Assembly (NCBI GenBank): GCA_003215935.1
Contig: QCJQ01000001.1
Coordinates: 11,731 to 75,730, forward strand
DNA from: Prochlorococcus sp. AG-409-D09
GTDB lineage: Bacteria > Cyanobacteriota > Cyanobacteriia > PCC-6307 > Cyanobiaceae
Reading direction: 5' to 3'
DNA: 64,000 nt
A program made the translations under genes and the position numbers. The notes beneath the pieces were generated by a model that was given only the letters and a program-made list of their open reading frames with translations, was not told the origin of the DNA and did not search any database. Below are positions 54,371 to 64,000 of the stretch, in pieces. Numbering within the stretch: position 1 is the first letter of the stretch; each line of letters opens with the position of its first letter.

Positions 54371-55785
54371 AATTGATTTTCATTAATTATTTTTCTTACA
54401 TCAGTCACTTTTCCGTTTATAGCTGCAGCAGCAACCATCGCTGGACTCATTAAGAGCGTTCTTCCGCTTGAGGATCCTTGTCTTCCTTTGAAATTGCGAT
54501 TGCTTGAACTCGCACTAATTTGTCGACCTTCTAATTTATCTGGATTCATTGCTAGACACATGGAGCAGCCTGGCTCTCTCCACTCAAATCCAGCTTCCAC
54601 AAAAATATTATCTAATCCTTCATCTTTTGCTGCTTTTGCTACTTGCTCTGAACCTGGCACCACGAACGCTTTGATTCCTTTTGCTACTTTCCTTCCTTTT
54701 GCAATTTGAGCAGCTGCTTGAAGATCGCTTAATCTCCCATTAGTGCAACTGCCTATAAAACAAACATCTATTTCAACTCCTTGAATTGGAGTGCCAGGTT
54801 GTAATTGCATATAGGAATAGGCTTCTTTTGCAATAGGTCGATCGCTCTCTTGAAGCGATTCTGGGAAAGGAATTGATTCGTTTATTGAAAGTCCCTGTCC
54901 AGGAGTTATTCCCCATGTCACTGTGGGTGTGATTTGGCTTGCATCAAATAGGACTTCATCATCAAATTTTGCATTTTTGTCGGTACATAAGCTTTCCCAC
55001 CATTTGATAGCTTTTCCCCATTCTTTCTCGTCAGGTGCATTAGGTTTGCCTTTTAAATAAGAAAAAGTTGTTTCATCAGGATTGATATATCCACATCTAG
55101 CACCGCCTTCTATTGCCATATTGCAAATTGTCATCCTTTCTTCCATGGAGAGTGCATGTATCGCAGGCCCTGAAAATTCATATGCAAATCCAACACCTCC
55201 TTTAACACCAAGTTTTCTTATGGCATGAAGAATGAGATCTTTAGCATAAACACCTTTATTTAGTTGACCATCAAACCAAAGACGCCGAACTTTTAATTTG
55301 TTCATTGCAATGCTTTGGCTTGCAAGCACATCTCTTACTTGACTTGTGCCTATCCCAAAAGCGATCGCTCCAAATGCTCCATGAGTAGAGGTATGAGAGT
55401 CTCCACATGCAACGGTCATTCCTGGTTGTGTAAGGCCTAACTCCGGAGCCATTACATGTACAACACCTTGGTTCCCACTCCCAATACCATGGAGAGTGAT
55501 TTTATGTTTTTTACAATTCTTTTCTAGTGTTGCAAGCATTTCCTCCGCAAGAGGATCTGAAAATGGTCTTTTTTGGCTAATAGTAGGAACAATATGATCA
55601 ACAGTTGCAATAGTTCTTTCTTGACAGCGAACAGTCAAATTTTTTTCTTCAAGTGCCGCAAAGGCCTGTGGACTTGTCACTTCATGTATTAAATGAAGTC
55701 CAACAAATAACTGAGTTGATCCACCAGGAAGATCTGTAACCCGATGTAAATCCCAAACTTTGTCGTAGAGCGTTCCGATGCTCAA
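54367..55785 (-). CDS. leuC: 3-isopropylmalate dehydratase large subunit
   Basis: [42 protein letters not shown]. Confidence 0.99.
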   Translation of the reverse strand: MSIGTLYDKVWDLHRVTDLPGGSTQLFVGLHLIHEVTSPQAFAALEEKNLTVRCQERTIATVDHIVPTISQKRPFSDPLAEEMLATLEKNCKKHKITLHGIGSGNQGVVHVMAPELGLTQPGMTVACGDSHTSTHGAFGAIAFGIGTSQVRDVLASQSIAMNKLKVRRLWFDGQLNKGVYAKDLILHAIRKLGVKGGVGFAYEFSGPAIHALSMEERMTICNMAIEGGARCGYINPDETTFSYLKGKPNAPDEKEWGKAIKWWESLCTDKNAKFDDEVLFDASQITPTVTWGITPGQGLSINESIPFPESLQESDRPIAKEAYSYMQLQPGTPIQGVEIDVCFIGSCTNGRLSDLQAAAQIAKGRKVAKGIKAFVVPGSEQVAKAAKDEGLDNIFVEAGFEWREPGCSMCLAMNPDKLEGRQISASSSNRNFKGRQGSSSGRTLLMSPAMVAAAAINGKVTDVRKIINENQL

Positions 55786-55810
55786 TTTTTCAATTCAATT
55801 GAAGATGACC

Positions 55811-57091
55811 TTAGCTCGTCTTGAGGAGTAATAAACGTAATAAATCTAGTCCTTTTAAAACACTCAATTTTTGAATTGCATTTCTACTCTTATGTTTTCC
55901 AAAAAGTTCTTTGCTACAAACTTCAATATCAGGTCCAGTCACACTGAAATGTACTAAACCAATAGGTTTCTCTATGCTTCCTCCAGTTGGCCCAGCTATG
56001 CCACTTACTGCAATAACCCAATCAGCATTAAATCTCTTTTTTGCTCCATGAGACATTGATTGCACTACTTCATTCGATACAGCCCCATATTCCAATAAAA
56101 GATTTTTGGGAACACCAAGTAATCTTTCTTTTATAAAATTGTTGTATGAAATGATTCCACCTAAAAAGACATCTGAACAACCAGAAATTTGACTAATAGC
56201 ATTGCCAATACCTCCACCTGTGCAAGATTCTGCTAATGCCAGGGTTTCTCCCCTTTTTCTTAAAAGATTAATTACAACAGATGCTAAAGAATCATTGCCA
56301 TGACCAAAATAATTATCCTTAGTAAAGCTAATTATTTCTTTTTCAATAGGATCTATTAGTTTATTAGCTGTATGATTATTTTCTGCTTTTGCTGTAACTC
56401 TTAATTTAACTTCCCCAAGAGATGCGTAAGGCGCAATCGTGGGATTCTCTTTATGCATTAAATGTTTTATTCTTTCAGAAAGTGATGTTTCACTTATGCC
56501 AGTGAAATGCAATATCTTGCTTTTAATTATTCCCTTATTAAATGATTTCTTTTTAAACCAATTCATTCCATCTTGATGCCACATATCTTTTAACTCTGAA
56601 GGGACTCCTGGGAAAGTTAGGATTGTAAAATTAACTATTGGTGTCCATATAATACCAGGTGCTGTTCCTGTGTTATTAGTGATAACTTTAGCTCCAATTG
56701 GTATTGAAGATTGTTTTCTTATGCTGCTTATAGCGCTATTAGAATTGCCTTTTATTTTCTGTTTTAAGGATTTAGACAGTTCTTTATTTTCTTTAAGTGG
56801 TGTATTAAATGTTGCGCCTATTGCTTCATGAGTTAAATCATCATAGGTAGGACCTAAACCTCCTGTTATTATAAGAATTCTAGATCTTTTAGATGCTTGA
56901 AGAATTGCATATTTTATTCGATTGATATTATCTCCAACAACAGTTTGTTGATAATGAGGTAGGCCTAGTGATGCTAATTCTTCAGCAATCCACTTTGCAT
57001 TGCTATTTAGAATATTTCCTAGGAGTAGTTCGCTGCCAATACAAAGAATTTCAACAGAAGTCGAATTTATTTTATTTTTTAAGTCTTCCAT
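55811..57091 (-). CDS. cinA: Competence/damage-inducible CinA (MoCF plus PncC domains)
   Basis: [42 protein letters not shown]. Confidence 0.94.
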   Translation of the reverse strand: MEDLKNKINSTSVEILCIGSELLLGNILNSNAKWIAEELASLGLPHYQQTVVGDNINRIKYAILQASKRSRILIITGGLGPTYDDLTHEAIGATFNTPLKENKELSKSLKQKIKGNSNSAISSIRKQSSIPIGAKVITNNTGTAPGIIWTPIVNFTILTFPGVPSELKDMWHQDGMNWFKKKSFNKGIIKSKILHFTGISETSLSERIKHLMHKENPTIAPYASLGEVKLRVTAKAENNHTANKLIDPIEKEIISFTKDNYFGHGNDSLASVVINLLRKRGETLALAESCTGGGIGNAISQISGCSDVFLGGIISYNNFIKERLLGVPKNLLLEYGAVSNEVVQSMSHGAKKRFNADWVIAVSGIAGPTGGSIEKPIGLVHFSVTGPDIEVCSKELFGKHKSRNAIQKLSVLKGLDLLRLLLLKTS

Positions 57092-58334
57092 ATAAAGGAT
57101 ATTTAATACATAAAGATTCTACCCTTTGTTTACATTTTTCTTTTATTGATAAATCTTCTGGGTTTAAAAGACAGTCTGCAATTATTTCTGCTACTTCAAT
57201 AAAAGCTCTTTCATTAAACCCTCGAGTTGTTAATGCGGCAGTTCCTAGTCTTAGTCCACTAGTTATAAAAGGAGATTCTGGGTCAAATGGAACAGTATTT
57301 TTATTTGCAGTTATATTTACTTCGCTAACTAATTGATCTGCAATCTTACCTGTCATGCCAATACTTCGAAGATCAAGTAAAATAATATGATTGTCTGTAC
57401 CTTTGCTAACAATAGAAATTCCTAATTCTTGAAGGCGTTGAGCTAATACTTTTGCATTAGAAACCACTGCTTGGCTATATGAGACAAAGCTTTCTTTTAG
57501 AGCTTCTCCGAATGCAACAGCTTTCGCCGCAATCACATGCTCTAAAGGACCTCCTTGGGTGCCTGGAAAAACAGCTTTATCGAATCTTTTCCCGAACTCT
57601 TTATCCCTACAGAGAATTAGACCGCCTCTAGGTCCTCTTAGGGTTTTGTGCGTAGTTGTAGTTACAACATCACAGTATTGGATTGGATTGGGATGAATAC
57701 CTGCTGCAACAAGTCCAGCAATATGAGCGATATCGGCAAGCAGATAGGCTCCTACTTCATCTGCAATCGATCTAAATGCAGCAAAATTAATTTCTCTTGG
57801 ATAAGCGGAATAGCCACAAATAATTAATTTTGGTTGATTATCTAAAGCTAATTTTCTAATTGAATCCATATCTAATCTTTCAGTTTTTTTATCTACTCCG
57901 TAATGACATGTTTCAAACCATTTGCCGCTGACGTTCACAGGTGAGCCATGTGTCAGATGTCCACCATGGGATAAATCCATTCCCATGATCTTTTCACCGG
58001 GCTTTAAAAGGCTTAAAAAGACTGCAAAATTAGCTTGAGCTCCGCTATGAGGTTGAACATTTGCCCATTCAGCACTGAATAGCTTTTTAGCTCTATTGAT
58101 TGCTATTTCTTCAATCTCATCAATATATTCGCAGCCACCGTAATAACGTTTATGTGGAAGGCCCTCCGCATATTTATTTGTGAGAACTGACCCTTGTGCT
58201 TGCATTACAGCATTTGAGACAAAATTCTCACTAGCTATAAGTTCTAAATGTGTTTCTTGTCTGTTTAATTCTTTATCAATTAAACCTGATATCAATTGAT
58301 CTTCAGTATTCAAGTCATTATTGATCTTCGACAA
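57072..58334 (-). CDS. glyA: Serine hydroxymethyltransferase
   Basis: [35 protein letters not shown] start at 58334 preceded by AGGAGAGG. Confidence 0.98.
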   Translation of the reverse strand: MSKINNDLNTEDQLISGLIDKELNRQETHLELIASENFVSNAVMQAQGSVLTNKYAEGLPHKRYYGGCEYIDEIEEIAINRAKKLFSAEWANVQPHSGAQANFAVFLSLLKPGEKIMGMDLSHGGHLTHGSPVNVSGKWFETCHYGVDKKTERLDMDSIRKLALDNQPKLIICGYSAYPREINFAAFRSIADEVGAYLLADIAHIAGLVAAGIHPNPIQYCDVVTTTTHKTLRGPRGGLILCRDKEFGKRFDKAVFPGTQGGPLEHVIAAKAVAFGEALKESFVSYSQAVVSNAKVLAQRLQELGISIVSKGTDNHIILLDLRSIGMTGKIADQLVSEVNITANKNTVPFDPESPFITSGLRLGTAALTTRGFNERAFIEVAEIIADCLLNPEDLSIKEKCKQRVESLCIKYPLYGRLKK

Positions 58335-58455
58335 GAACCCTCTCCTGCTTTTTTGTAGAACCAATGAGATGCTAGTCAACTGAGACAGTATCTGGGTATG
58401 AGGTTTATTTATTTTGTTGTTTTGCTATTAGAAGTCGTCAGCTTTTAATTATGGA

Positions 58456-58529
58456 CGCGCCTGGAGAGATTCGAACTCCCGACCCTCTGATCCGTAGTCA
58501 GATGCTCTAATCCGCTGAGCTACAGGCGC
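58456..58529 (-). tRNA. tRNA-Arg(ACG)
   Basis: Reverse complement GCGCCTGTAGCTCAGCGGATTAGAGCA-TCTGA-CTACGGA-TCAGA-GGGTC-GGGAGTTCGAATCTCTC-CAGGCGCG. Confidence 0.97.
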
Positions 58530-58740
58530 ATTAAAATCAATATCAGCCTACTAAGGGTTACTTCGTCAACTATGTTGATGTGTTTTAAATCAAAAGCAAT
58601 GAAATAGAATCTGTGAAATTAATTCTGGTGCAATTTGTTTTTGCTTTGAAAAGATCTTTTTCAAAAGTTTTGTAAATCTTTTTGATTCAACACATATCAG
58701 TTGAAACAGTTTTCAGAATTAATTATCCGTGGTGAATTTT

Positions 58741-59031
58741 ATGAAGCTTAGTCCAAATCAGATTAGAGATCTAGAAGTTTCTATTGCAGATCGAATTTAC
58801 TTGCAGGTTGGCAAATGGAACCTTTATTTGGGAGATGCTGGTTTAGCAAAGGAATTGGCAATTGAATGCCAAGCTCATTTGGAACAGGGAGGAGATATAG
58901 CTGCAAGAAAGGCTTTGGAAGCTGTTCAAGTCGAATTAGGAGGTGGTTCTTCTCGGTTGCCCTTAGCTCGATTAATTCCACCAAGTCAAATTTTTGATTT
59001 GGAAGAGATTTTGGCCCCCTACTCAAGATAA
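58741..59031 (+). CDS. Conserved cyanobacterial protein (DUF3181-like)
   Basis: IADRIYLQVGKWNLYLGDAGLA, V.LGGG...LPLARLIP. Confidence 0.82.
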   Translation: MKLSPNQIRDLEVSIADRIYLQVGKWNLYLGDAGLAKELAIECQAHLEQGGDIAARKALEAVQVELGGGSSRLPLARLIPPSQIFDLEEILAPYSR

Positions 59032-59320
59032 GGTTGCTTTTACTTGCTTAGTTGGGTTGTTAATTATTGAAGTCACTAATGCTCGAGAAGTTGTTCGCCA
59101 GCGGATTGGGCGCCTAGGAGAAAGATTAATTGGAAAAGTTGTTGATGCGGAAGCACAGGTCGAAAAAGAATTAATTAAGGAAATGGAAACGGCTTTCCAA
59201 GAATTTGGAATTGAAGCAAGAATAATTTCTACTCAAGGTTTGAAGTTAGATGGAAATAACTCATTAGAAGTTCCTTTAAACATCAGAACTGAAAGGGATA
59301 TATATCTTAAGGGAGAATAA
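58994..59320 (+). CDS. Conserved hypothetical protein (true start probably near 59048-59057)
   Basis: GLLIIEVTNAREVVRQRIGRLGERLIGKVVDAEAQVEK...FQEFGIEARI. Confidence 0.7.
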   Translation: MIWKRFWPPTQDKVAFTCLVGLLIIEVTNAREVVRQRIGRLGERLIGKVVDAEAQVEKELIKEMETAFQEFGIEARIISTQGLKLDGNNSLEVPLNIRTERDIYLKGE

Positions 59321-60908
59321 TTTTGCCTTTAAAAATATTTTTGAGATCTTTAATTTCTTTAATGCCTAATAGATTCGTTGTTAAAAAGAAAATTAATATT
59401 AATAATGCTGATAATAGAATAGTCTTAAAAAGTAAACCTATAAAATCTACCTGCAAATTCATATAGATACTTATTCGCGAGATAAATATACTAGAGAATA
59501 TGGCTGCAAGTGTTAATTTTAAATTATCAGATAGTATATTCCTTATTGAGAAATCTTTTACTTTTTTAGTTAATTCTACTAACAGTATTAAACAACTTAA
59601 TAAATTTATACTTGCTGTAGCGTAAACAAGTCCTGGAGCTCCAAAATTAAAAGGAGATACTTCTCCCCAAGGACTAGGACCTCCAATAAATATCCAATCC
59701 AAAATAATATTTAAAATAATTCCTAGGGAAGATATTTTAAGAGTTTTTTTTGCATCATTTAGTACATAAAATATCCTAACTAATAAATCTCTTGCTAAGT
59801 ATGCAGGCATTCCTACTCCATATGCTATTAATAATTTACTAACAAGGTCTATAGCCTGGAAATCGAATTCTCCTCTCCCATAAAATATCATTGTTATTGG
59901 TCTTGAGAGTGAAAGAAATAATGATCCAAGGCAAAACATAGTTATAGATGAAAACATTAATCCCTGGCGAATCTTTAATATTAATTTTGAGTGATCTTTT
60001 TGGATTGAGAGTTTAGAAAATATTGGTAATAAGGGAATTACTAATGAGTTTGATATTATTCCTAAAGGAGCTTGAATTAAGAATGTTGCATACCCAAGTC
60101 CTGCAGCAGCCCCCTCAATATTTGATGCAAAGAATAGATCTGTAAAAACATTAAATTGCAACATTCCAGAAGCGATCGTTGCTGGAGCAATGATTGAGAA
60201 TACTTCTTTTACTCCAGGATGCTTTATATCTATTTTGAATTTAAATATCTTATTTTCTATTAATTTTGGTAATTGGACTAACCATTGAGTTATTGCACCA
60301 ATTAAAGTGGCGATTGCAAGAATTATCCCACCTTTCATGATTAGTTCATTTGAATTTATTGCTTGATTATTAGATAGCCAAAAAAAGATTGTTAATGCTA
60401 TTATTGGTATACTGGAAAATATTGGCGATAATGATGGTATTAGGAATTCATTGACTATATTTAAAGATCCAAAATTAAGACCAATTAAACCTGAGAATAA
60501 TATAATAGGCGACATAATTCTTAGTTGTATTGTAGCTAGCTTGTGAGCAATTTCTTCTAGTCCTGGAGCAGTTATAAATATTATTGAATCAGCTAAAAAG
60601 AAGATAATTATACTGATGATTAATAGTAGTAAAGTTACTATCAGATGAACTGTATTAATGATAACTTTATTTTCATTTGACTCCTTTTTACTTAAAACAG
60701 TTACTATTGCATTATGAAATGGGCCATTTACGCCGCCTAGTAAAACTAAAAAGAAACCTGGGAGTATGTAAGCGTAGTTATAAGCATCGTAAGAAATACC
60801 TATGCCGAAAATTCCTGCAAGAACAAATTGTCTTATGAATCCAACTAATTTACTTAATATAGTTCCAAGTGAAATAGTAAGAGCAATTTTTTTGATTGAT
60901 TTGATCAT
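59307..60908 (-). CDS. murJ: Lipid II flippase MurJ (MviN)
   Basis: TILSKLVGFIRQ, DAYNYAYILP, GGVNGPFH, YGRGEFD; 12-14 TM. Confidence 0.94.
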   Translation of the reverse strand: MIKSIKKIALTISLGTILSKLVGFIRQFVLAGIFGIGISYDAYNYAYILPGFFLVLLGGVNGPFHNAIVTVLSKKESNENKVIINTVHLIVTLLLLIISIIIFFLADSIIFITAPGLEEIAHKLATIQLRIMSPIILFSGLIGLNFGSLNIVNEFLIPSLSPIFSSIPIIALTIFFWLSNNQAINSNELIMKGGIILAIATLIGAITQWLVQLPKLIENKIFKFKIDIKHPGVKEVFSIIAPATIASGMLQFNVFTDLFFASNIEGAAAGLGYATFLIQAPLGIISNSLVIPLLPIFSKLSIQKDHSKLILKIRQGLMFSSITMFCLGSLFLSLSRPITMIFYGRGEFDFQAIDLVSKLLIAYGVGMPAYLARDLLVRIFYVLNDAKKTLKISSLGIILNIILDWIFIGGPSPWGEVSPFNFGAPGLVYATASINLLSCLILLVELTKKVKDFSIRNILSDNLKLTLAAIFSSIFISRISIYMNLQVDFIGLLFKTILLSALLILIFFLTTNLLGIKEIKDLKNIFKGKIILP

Positions 60909-60990
60909 TTTTTGCTCTTGATACAATTTCTTTTTGGATTAAAATTTTTCATTCGAATACTTACACACATCGTAAAAGCATTTTTGATTA

Positions 60991-61749
60991 ATGAAAGGTC
61001 AATCAATTCTTCAATTTCCTCGTTTGCATGAAGGGATTTTGATTAAGAGGTATAAGAGATTCTTGGCAGATGTAGAGCTTTTAGATGGTGAAATAGTTAC
61101 CACTCATTGTGCAAATACTGGTCCTATGAAAGGAGTTTTACATATAGGAGGCAAGGTTCGATTGAAATTTTGTCCTTCACCTAAAAGAAAATTAGACTGG
61201 TCGTGGGAACAAGCTCAGGTTCCATCTGGGTTGAACAATTCTTGTTGGGTTGGAGTAAATACTGCTTTACCTAATAAAATTATTAGATTAGCTATTGAAG
61301 CAGGTTTTTTAAATAGACAATTAGGAAATATTGAAAGTATTAGGGGAGAAGTCTCGTATGGATCTGAAAAGAAAAGTAGAATTGATTTATTATTAAAACC
61401 AGATATAGATAATGTAGATCAAAGGTTTATTTACATTGAGGTGAAAAATACGACTTGGAAAGAAGGAGATGTAGCTATTTTTCCTGATACTATTACGACT
61501 AGGGGGCAAAAACATTTAAAAGAATTGATGGAAATAATGCCTAATTCAAAAAGTGTTCTTGTTCCTTGTCTGAGTAGAAATGATGTGCAATTTTTTGCTC
61601 CAGGAGATAGTGCAGATCCCAAGTATGGAGAACTTTTTAGGAGTGCTTTAAGTCAAGGGTTAGAGGTTATTCCTTGCTGCTTTGGGTTTCATGCAGATCA
61701 TATTAGCTGGGAAGGAATTCGACCAGTACGAAACTATATGCATGATTAA
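60991..61749 (+). CDS. sfsA: SfsA-family nuclease
   Basis: KRYKRFLADV, HCANTGPM, SRIDLL, IEVKN, FPDTITTRGQKHL. Confidence 0.95.
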   Translation: MKGQSILQFPRLHEGILIKRYKRFLADVELLDGEIVTTHCANTGPMKGVLHIGGKVRLKFCPSPKRKLDWSWEQAQVPSGLNNSCWVGVNTALPNKIIRLAIEAGFLNRQLGNIESIRGEVSYGSEKKSRIDLLLKPDIDNVDQRFIYIEVKNTTWKEGDVAIFPDTITTRGQKHLKELMEIMPNSKSVLVPCLSRNDVQFFAPGDSADPKYGELFRSALSQGLEVIPCCFGFHADHISWEGIRPVRNYMHD

Positions 61750-61779
61750 TCAGCAATCTTTAACATTTTTGATTTTTTA

Positions 61780-61832
61780 GTATCACTTGCTACAAAAAAA
61801 GATATTCAATCTAGTTTTGTATCAACACGTAC
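61780..61832 (+). promoter_or_regulatory. Two tandem NtcA boxes upstream of amt1
   Basis: GTA-TCACTTGC-TAC (61780-61793) and GTA-TCAACACG-TAC (61819-61832), both exact GTA-N8-TAC. Confidence 0.85.
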
Positions 61833-61913
61833 TTTTTTGATTTCTAACTTTGAACATATTTGTAGTTATAAATTGAGCTTTAGCTCTTTCAATTTCCGTT
61901 TTTGCAATTCTTT

Positions 61914-63404
61914 ATGAACACTGCTATGTCTTCACCTTCTAGGAGAAGCTCAGCTCGTCTTCAGGATGCAAGTCTCCTGAATGGGCCAATGCTGCTTCTT
62001 AGAAGCATCCGAGGATTAAGAACTAATCAATCTTTAATTTGGTTAGCTACGGTTCCCTTGGCTTTGCTTGGACTTGGAATCTTTACTTTTTCAGCACGTG
62101 CTGAAGTTGGTCTTTCTGATTTAACTGGTACTCAAGCTGCAACATTTTTGGCAGATAATCTTTGGTTATTTGTCGCAACCATTCTTGTGATTTTTATGAA
62201 TGCAGGTTTTGCAATGGTTGAGGCAGGTATGTGTAGACAAAAGAATGCAGTAAATATTCTTGCTAAGAATTTGTTTGTTTTTGCTTTAGCTGTTACTGCT
62301 TATTGGGTAATTGGTTATTCATTAATGTATGGAGGTTCAGTTGTTGATGGATGGCTTTATTTTCAAGGCTTATTTGTTGATCCAGACCCATCAAGTGCAT
62401 TGGAATGTGCAGCTGCAGGTGAAACCGGGTGTCTAGTTCCTGCAGTTGACTTTTTGTTCCAAGCAGCTTTTGCAGGGACAGCAGCAACAATTGTTTCTGG
62501 ATTGGTTGCGGAGAGAGTCAAATTTGGAGAGTTTGTTGTTTTCTCTCTAGTTTTGACTGCTTTTATTTATCCGATTGCAGGAAGCTGGCAGTGGAATGGA
62601 GGCTGGTTATCAGAACTTGGCTTTATTGATTTTGCAGGATCTTCAATTGTTCATTCTGTAGGAGGATGGGCTGGTTTAGTCGGGGCGATGCTTCTTGGAC
62701 CTCGTATTGGGAAATTTGTTAATGGCAAAGCTCAGGCAATGCCTGGACACAATATGGCTATTGCAACTCTGGGAGCTTTAGTCCTTTGGATAGGTTGGTA
62801 TGGATTTAATCCAGGATCTGAGCTGGCTATGGATCAATACGTTGCTTATGTTGCTGTTACAACTACTTTGGCAGCGGCAGGTGGAGCTATTGCTGCAACA
62901 GTTGTGTCAACAATAACTTCAGGTAAACCAGATCTAACAATGATTATCAATGGAATTCTTGCGGGACTTGTAAGTATTACTGCTGGTTGCGGCAATATGA
63001 CTTTTGCCGGGTCTTGGCTTGCTGGAGCAGCAGGAGGAGTAATAGTTGTTTTTGCTGTTTCAGCTTTGGATGCAGCAGGTATAGATGACCCTGTTGGTGC
63101 ATTTTCTGTTCACGGAGTTTGCGGTGTGTGGGGAACTGTTGTGATTGGCCTTTGGGGAGTTGATGGGATGGATCCAGGAGCGGCAGGCATTGGCTTACTT
63201 AATGGTGGTGGTCTATCTCAATTCTTGATTCAGGCTTTAGGAGCAGCTGCTTATGGCCTATGGACTGTTATTACTTGTTGGATTGCGTGGTCTGTTATCG
63301 GAGGTTTCTTTGGAGGTATTCGAGTCTCTGAATCTGAAGAGATTCAAGGTTTAGATGTTGGAGAACATGGTATGGAGGCATATCCTGATTTTGCGTCTAG
63401 TTAG
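61914..63404 (+). CDS. amt1: Ammonium transporter Amt1
   Basis: FMNAGFAMVEAG, FQAAFA, DFAGSSIVH, WIGWYGFN, DDPVGAFSVHG, GLDVGEHG. Confidence 0.98.
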   Translation: MNTAMSSPSRRSSARLQDASLLNGPMLLLRSIRGLRTNQSLIWLATVPLALLGLGIFTFSARAEVGLSDLTGTQAATFLADNLWLFVATILVIFMNAGFAMVEAGMCRQKNAVNILAKNLFVFALAVTAYWVIGYSLMYGGSVVDGWLYFQGLFVDPDPSSALECAAAGETGCLVPAVDFLFQAAFAGTAATIVSGLVAERVKFGEFVVFSLVLTAFIYPIAGSWQWNGGWLSELGFIDFAGSSIVHSVGGWAGLVGAMLLGPRIGKFVNGKAQAMPGHNMAIATLGALVLWIGWYGFNPGSELAMDQYVAYVAVTTTLAAAGGAIAATVVSTITSGKPDLTMIINGILAGLVSITAGCGNMTFAGSWLAGAAGGVIVVFAVSALDAAGIDDPVGAFSVHGVCGVWGTVVIGLWGVDGMDPGAAGIGLLNGGGLSQFLIQALGAAAYGLWTVITCWIAWSVIGGFFGGIRVSESEEIQGLDVGEHGMEAYPDFASS

Positions 63405-63429
63405 TTAAGTTAAAACTAAATTTTCATCT

Positions 63430-63458
63430 AAAAAGCCTGGGATTACCCAGGCTTTTTT
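63430..63458 (+). terminator. amt1 intrinsic terminator
   Basis: AAAAAGCCTGGG-atta-CCCAGGCTTTTTT. Confidence 0.9.
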
Positions 63459-63523
63459 AATATGTGTTGTAAAATCGTTTGTAATAAATGACTAGAAGCT
63501 CTTATTAATTAGTTTTAACTCAT

Positions 63524-64000
63524 ATGGATACTCAAGCTTTTAAGCAAACTCTTCATAAATCAGACAGATATAATCGGCGTGGTTTTGGTTCGGCTAATAA
63601 GCGAGCAAAGGCACTGGCGCAGGCATATCAAAGTAGTTTGATTGGCTCTATTAGAGATAATGGGAATTTATTAGATTATGGGAGATTGCAAGTAAGGCTT
63701 GCTGAAGCTTTTGGTTTTTGTTGGGGAGTGGAACGGGCAGTTGCCATGGCATACGAAACAAGAAAGCACTATCCAAATGAAAGGATTTGGATTACTAATG
63801 AAATTATTCATAACCCTTCAGTTAATGATCATCTTCGAAAAATGAATGTACTTTTTATCTCTGAAGAAAAAGGAGTTAAAGATTTTTCAGGAGTCCAAGA
63901 TGGAGATGTTGTAATACTTCCTGCATTTGGGGCGACTGTTCAAGATATGCAACTTCTTCATGAAAGAGGTTGCCATATTATTGATACAACCTGTCCTTGG
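63524..64000 (+). CDS. ispH: 4-hydroxy-3-methylbut-2-enyl diphosphate reductase, 5' part (runs off window end)
   Basis: Manual translation [22 protein letters not shown]...[15 protein letters not shown]...ITNEIIHNP...ILPAFGA...IDTTCPW. Confidence 0.96.
   Translation, partial: MDTQAFKQTLHKSDRYNRRGFGSANKRAKALAQAYQSSLIGSIRDNGNLLDYGRLQVRLAEAFGFCWGVERAVAMAYETRKHYPNERIWITNEIIHNPSVNDHLRKMNVLFISEEKGVKDFSGVQDGDVVILPAFGATVQDMQLLHERGCHIIDTTCPW

Noticed and set aside
55361..55368. HIP1 octamer GCGATCGC
   Set aside because: Isolated occurrence in leuC with no evident enrichment

Overview
AT-rich (by eye, mid-30s % GC), densely coding core-genome segment of a marine picocyanobacterium, almost certainly Prochlorococcus: D1 carries the Met and Cys substitutions linked to divinyl-chlorophyll use, and gene order fits. 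Left to right: partial pyrD, rnhA, the secE-nusG-rplK-rplA-rplJ-rplL cluster with L1/L10 leader RNAs, clpB, eno, an ABC1 kinase, an NADPH-motif-less thioredoxin reductase converging on a SulP(BicA)-SbtA-SbtB bicarbonate cluster, dnaJ-hemB-VOC-mutS2-obg, CP12, psbA, aroC, eda, ftsH, sat, psbO, coaBC, pyrB, gatC, crtR, ileS, trmB, txlA, a CobO-like-dcd-thyX operon, ntcA, pth, tatA, psbH, psbI, leuCD, cinA, glyA, murJ, sfsA, amt1, partial ispH, and three tRNAs (Ala-CGC, Leu-TAG, Arg-ACG). I found no prophage, IS, integrase, CRISPR or defence island, and no clearly novel system. Best leads: (i) an NrdR-box-controlled operon led by a P-loop-degenerate CobO/BtuR-like protein; (ii) an intact mpg frame with no ATG/GTG/TTG start that overlaps the pyrB start; (iii) an apparently decayed psbN; (iv) tandem perfect NtcA boxes before amt1; (v) an rnhA start abutting the rplL terminator. 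All family assignments come from motif recognition, not database searches.
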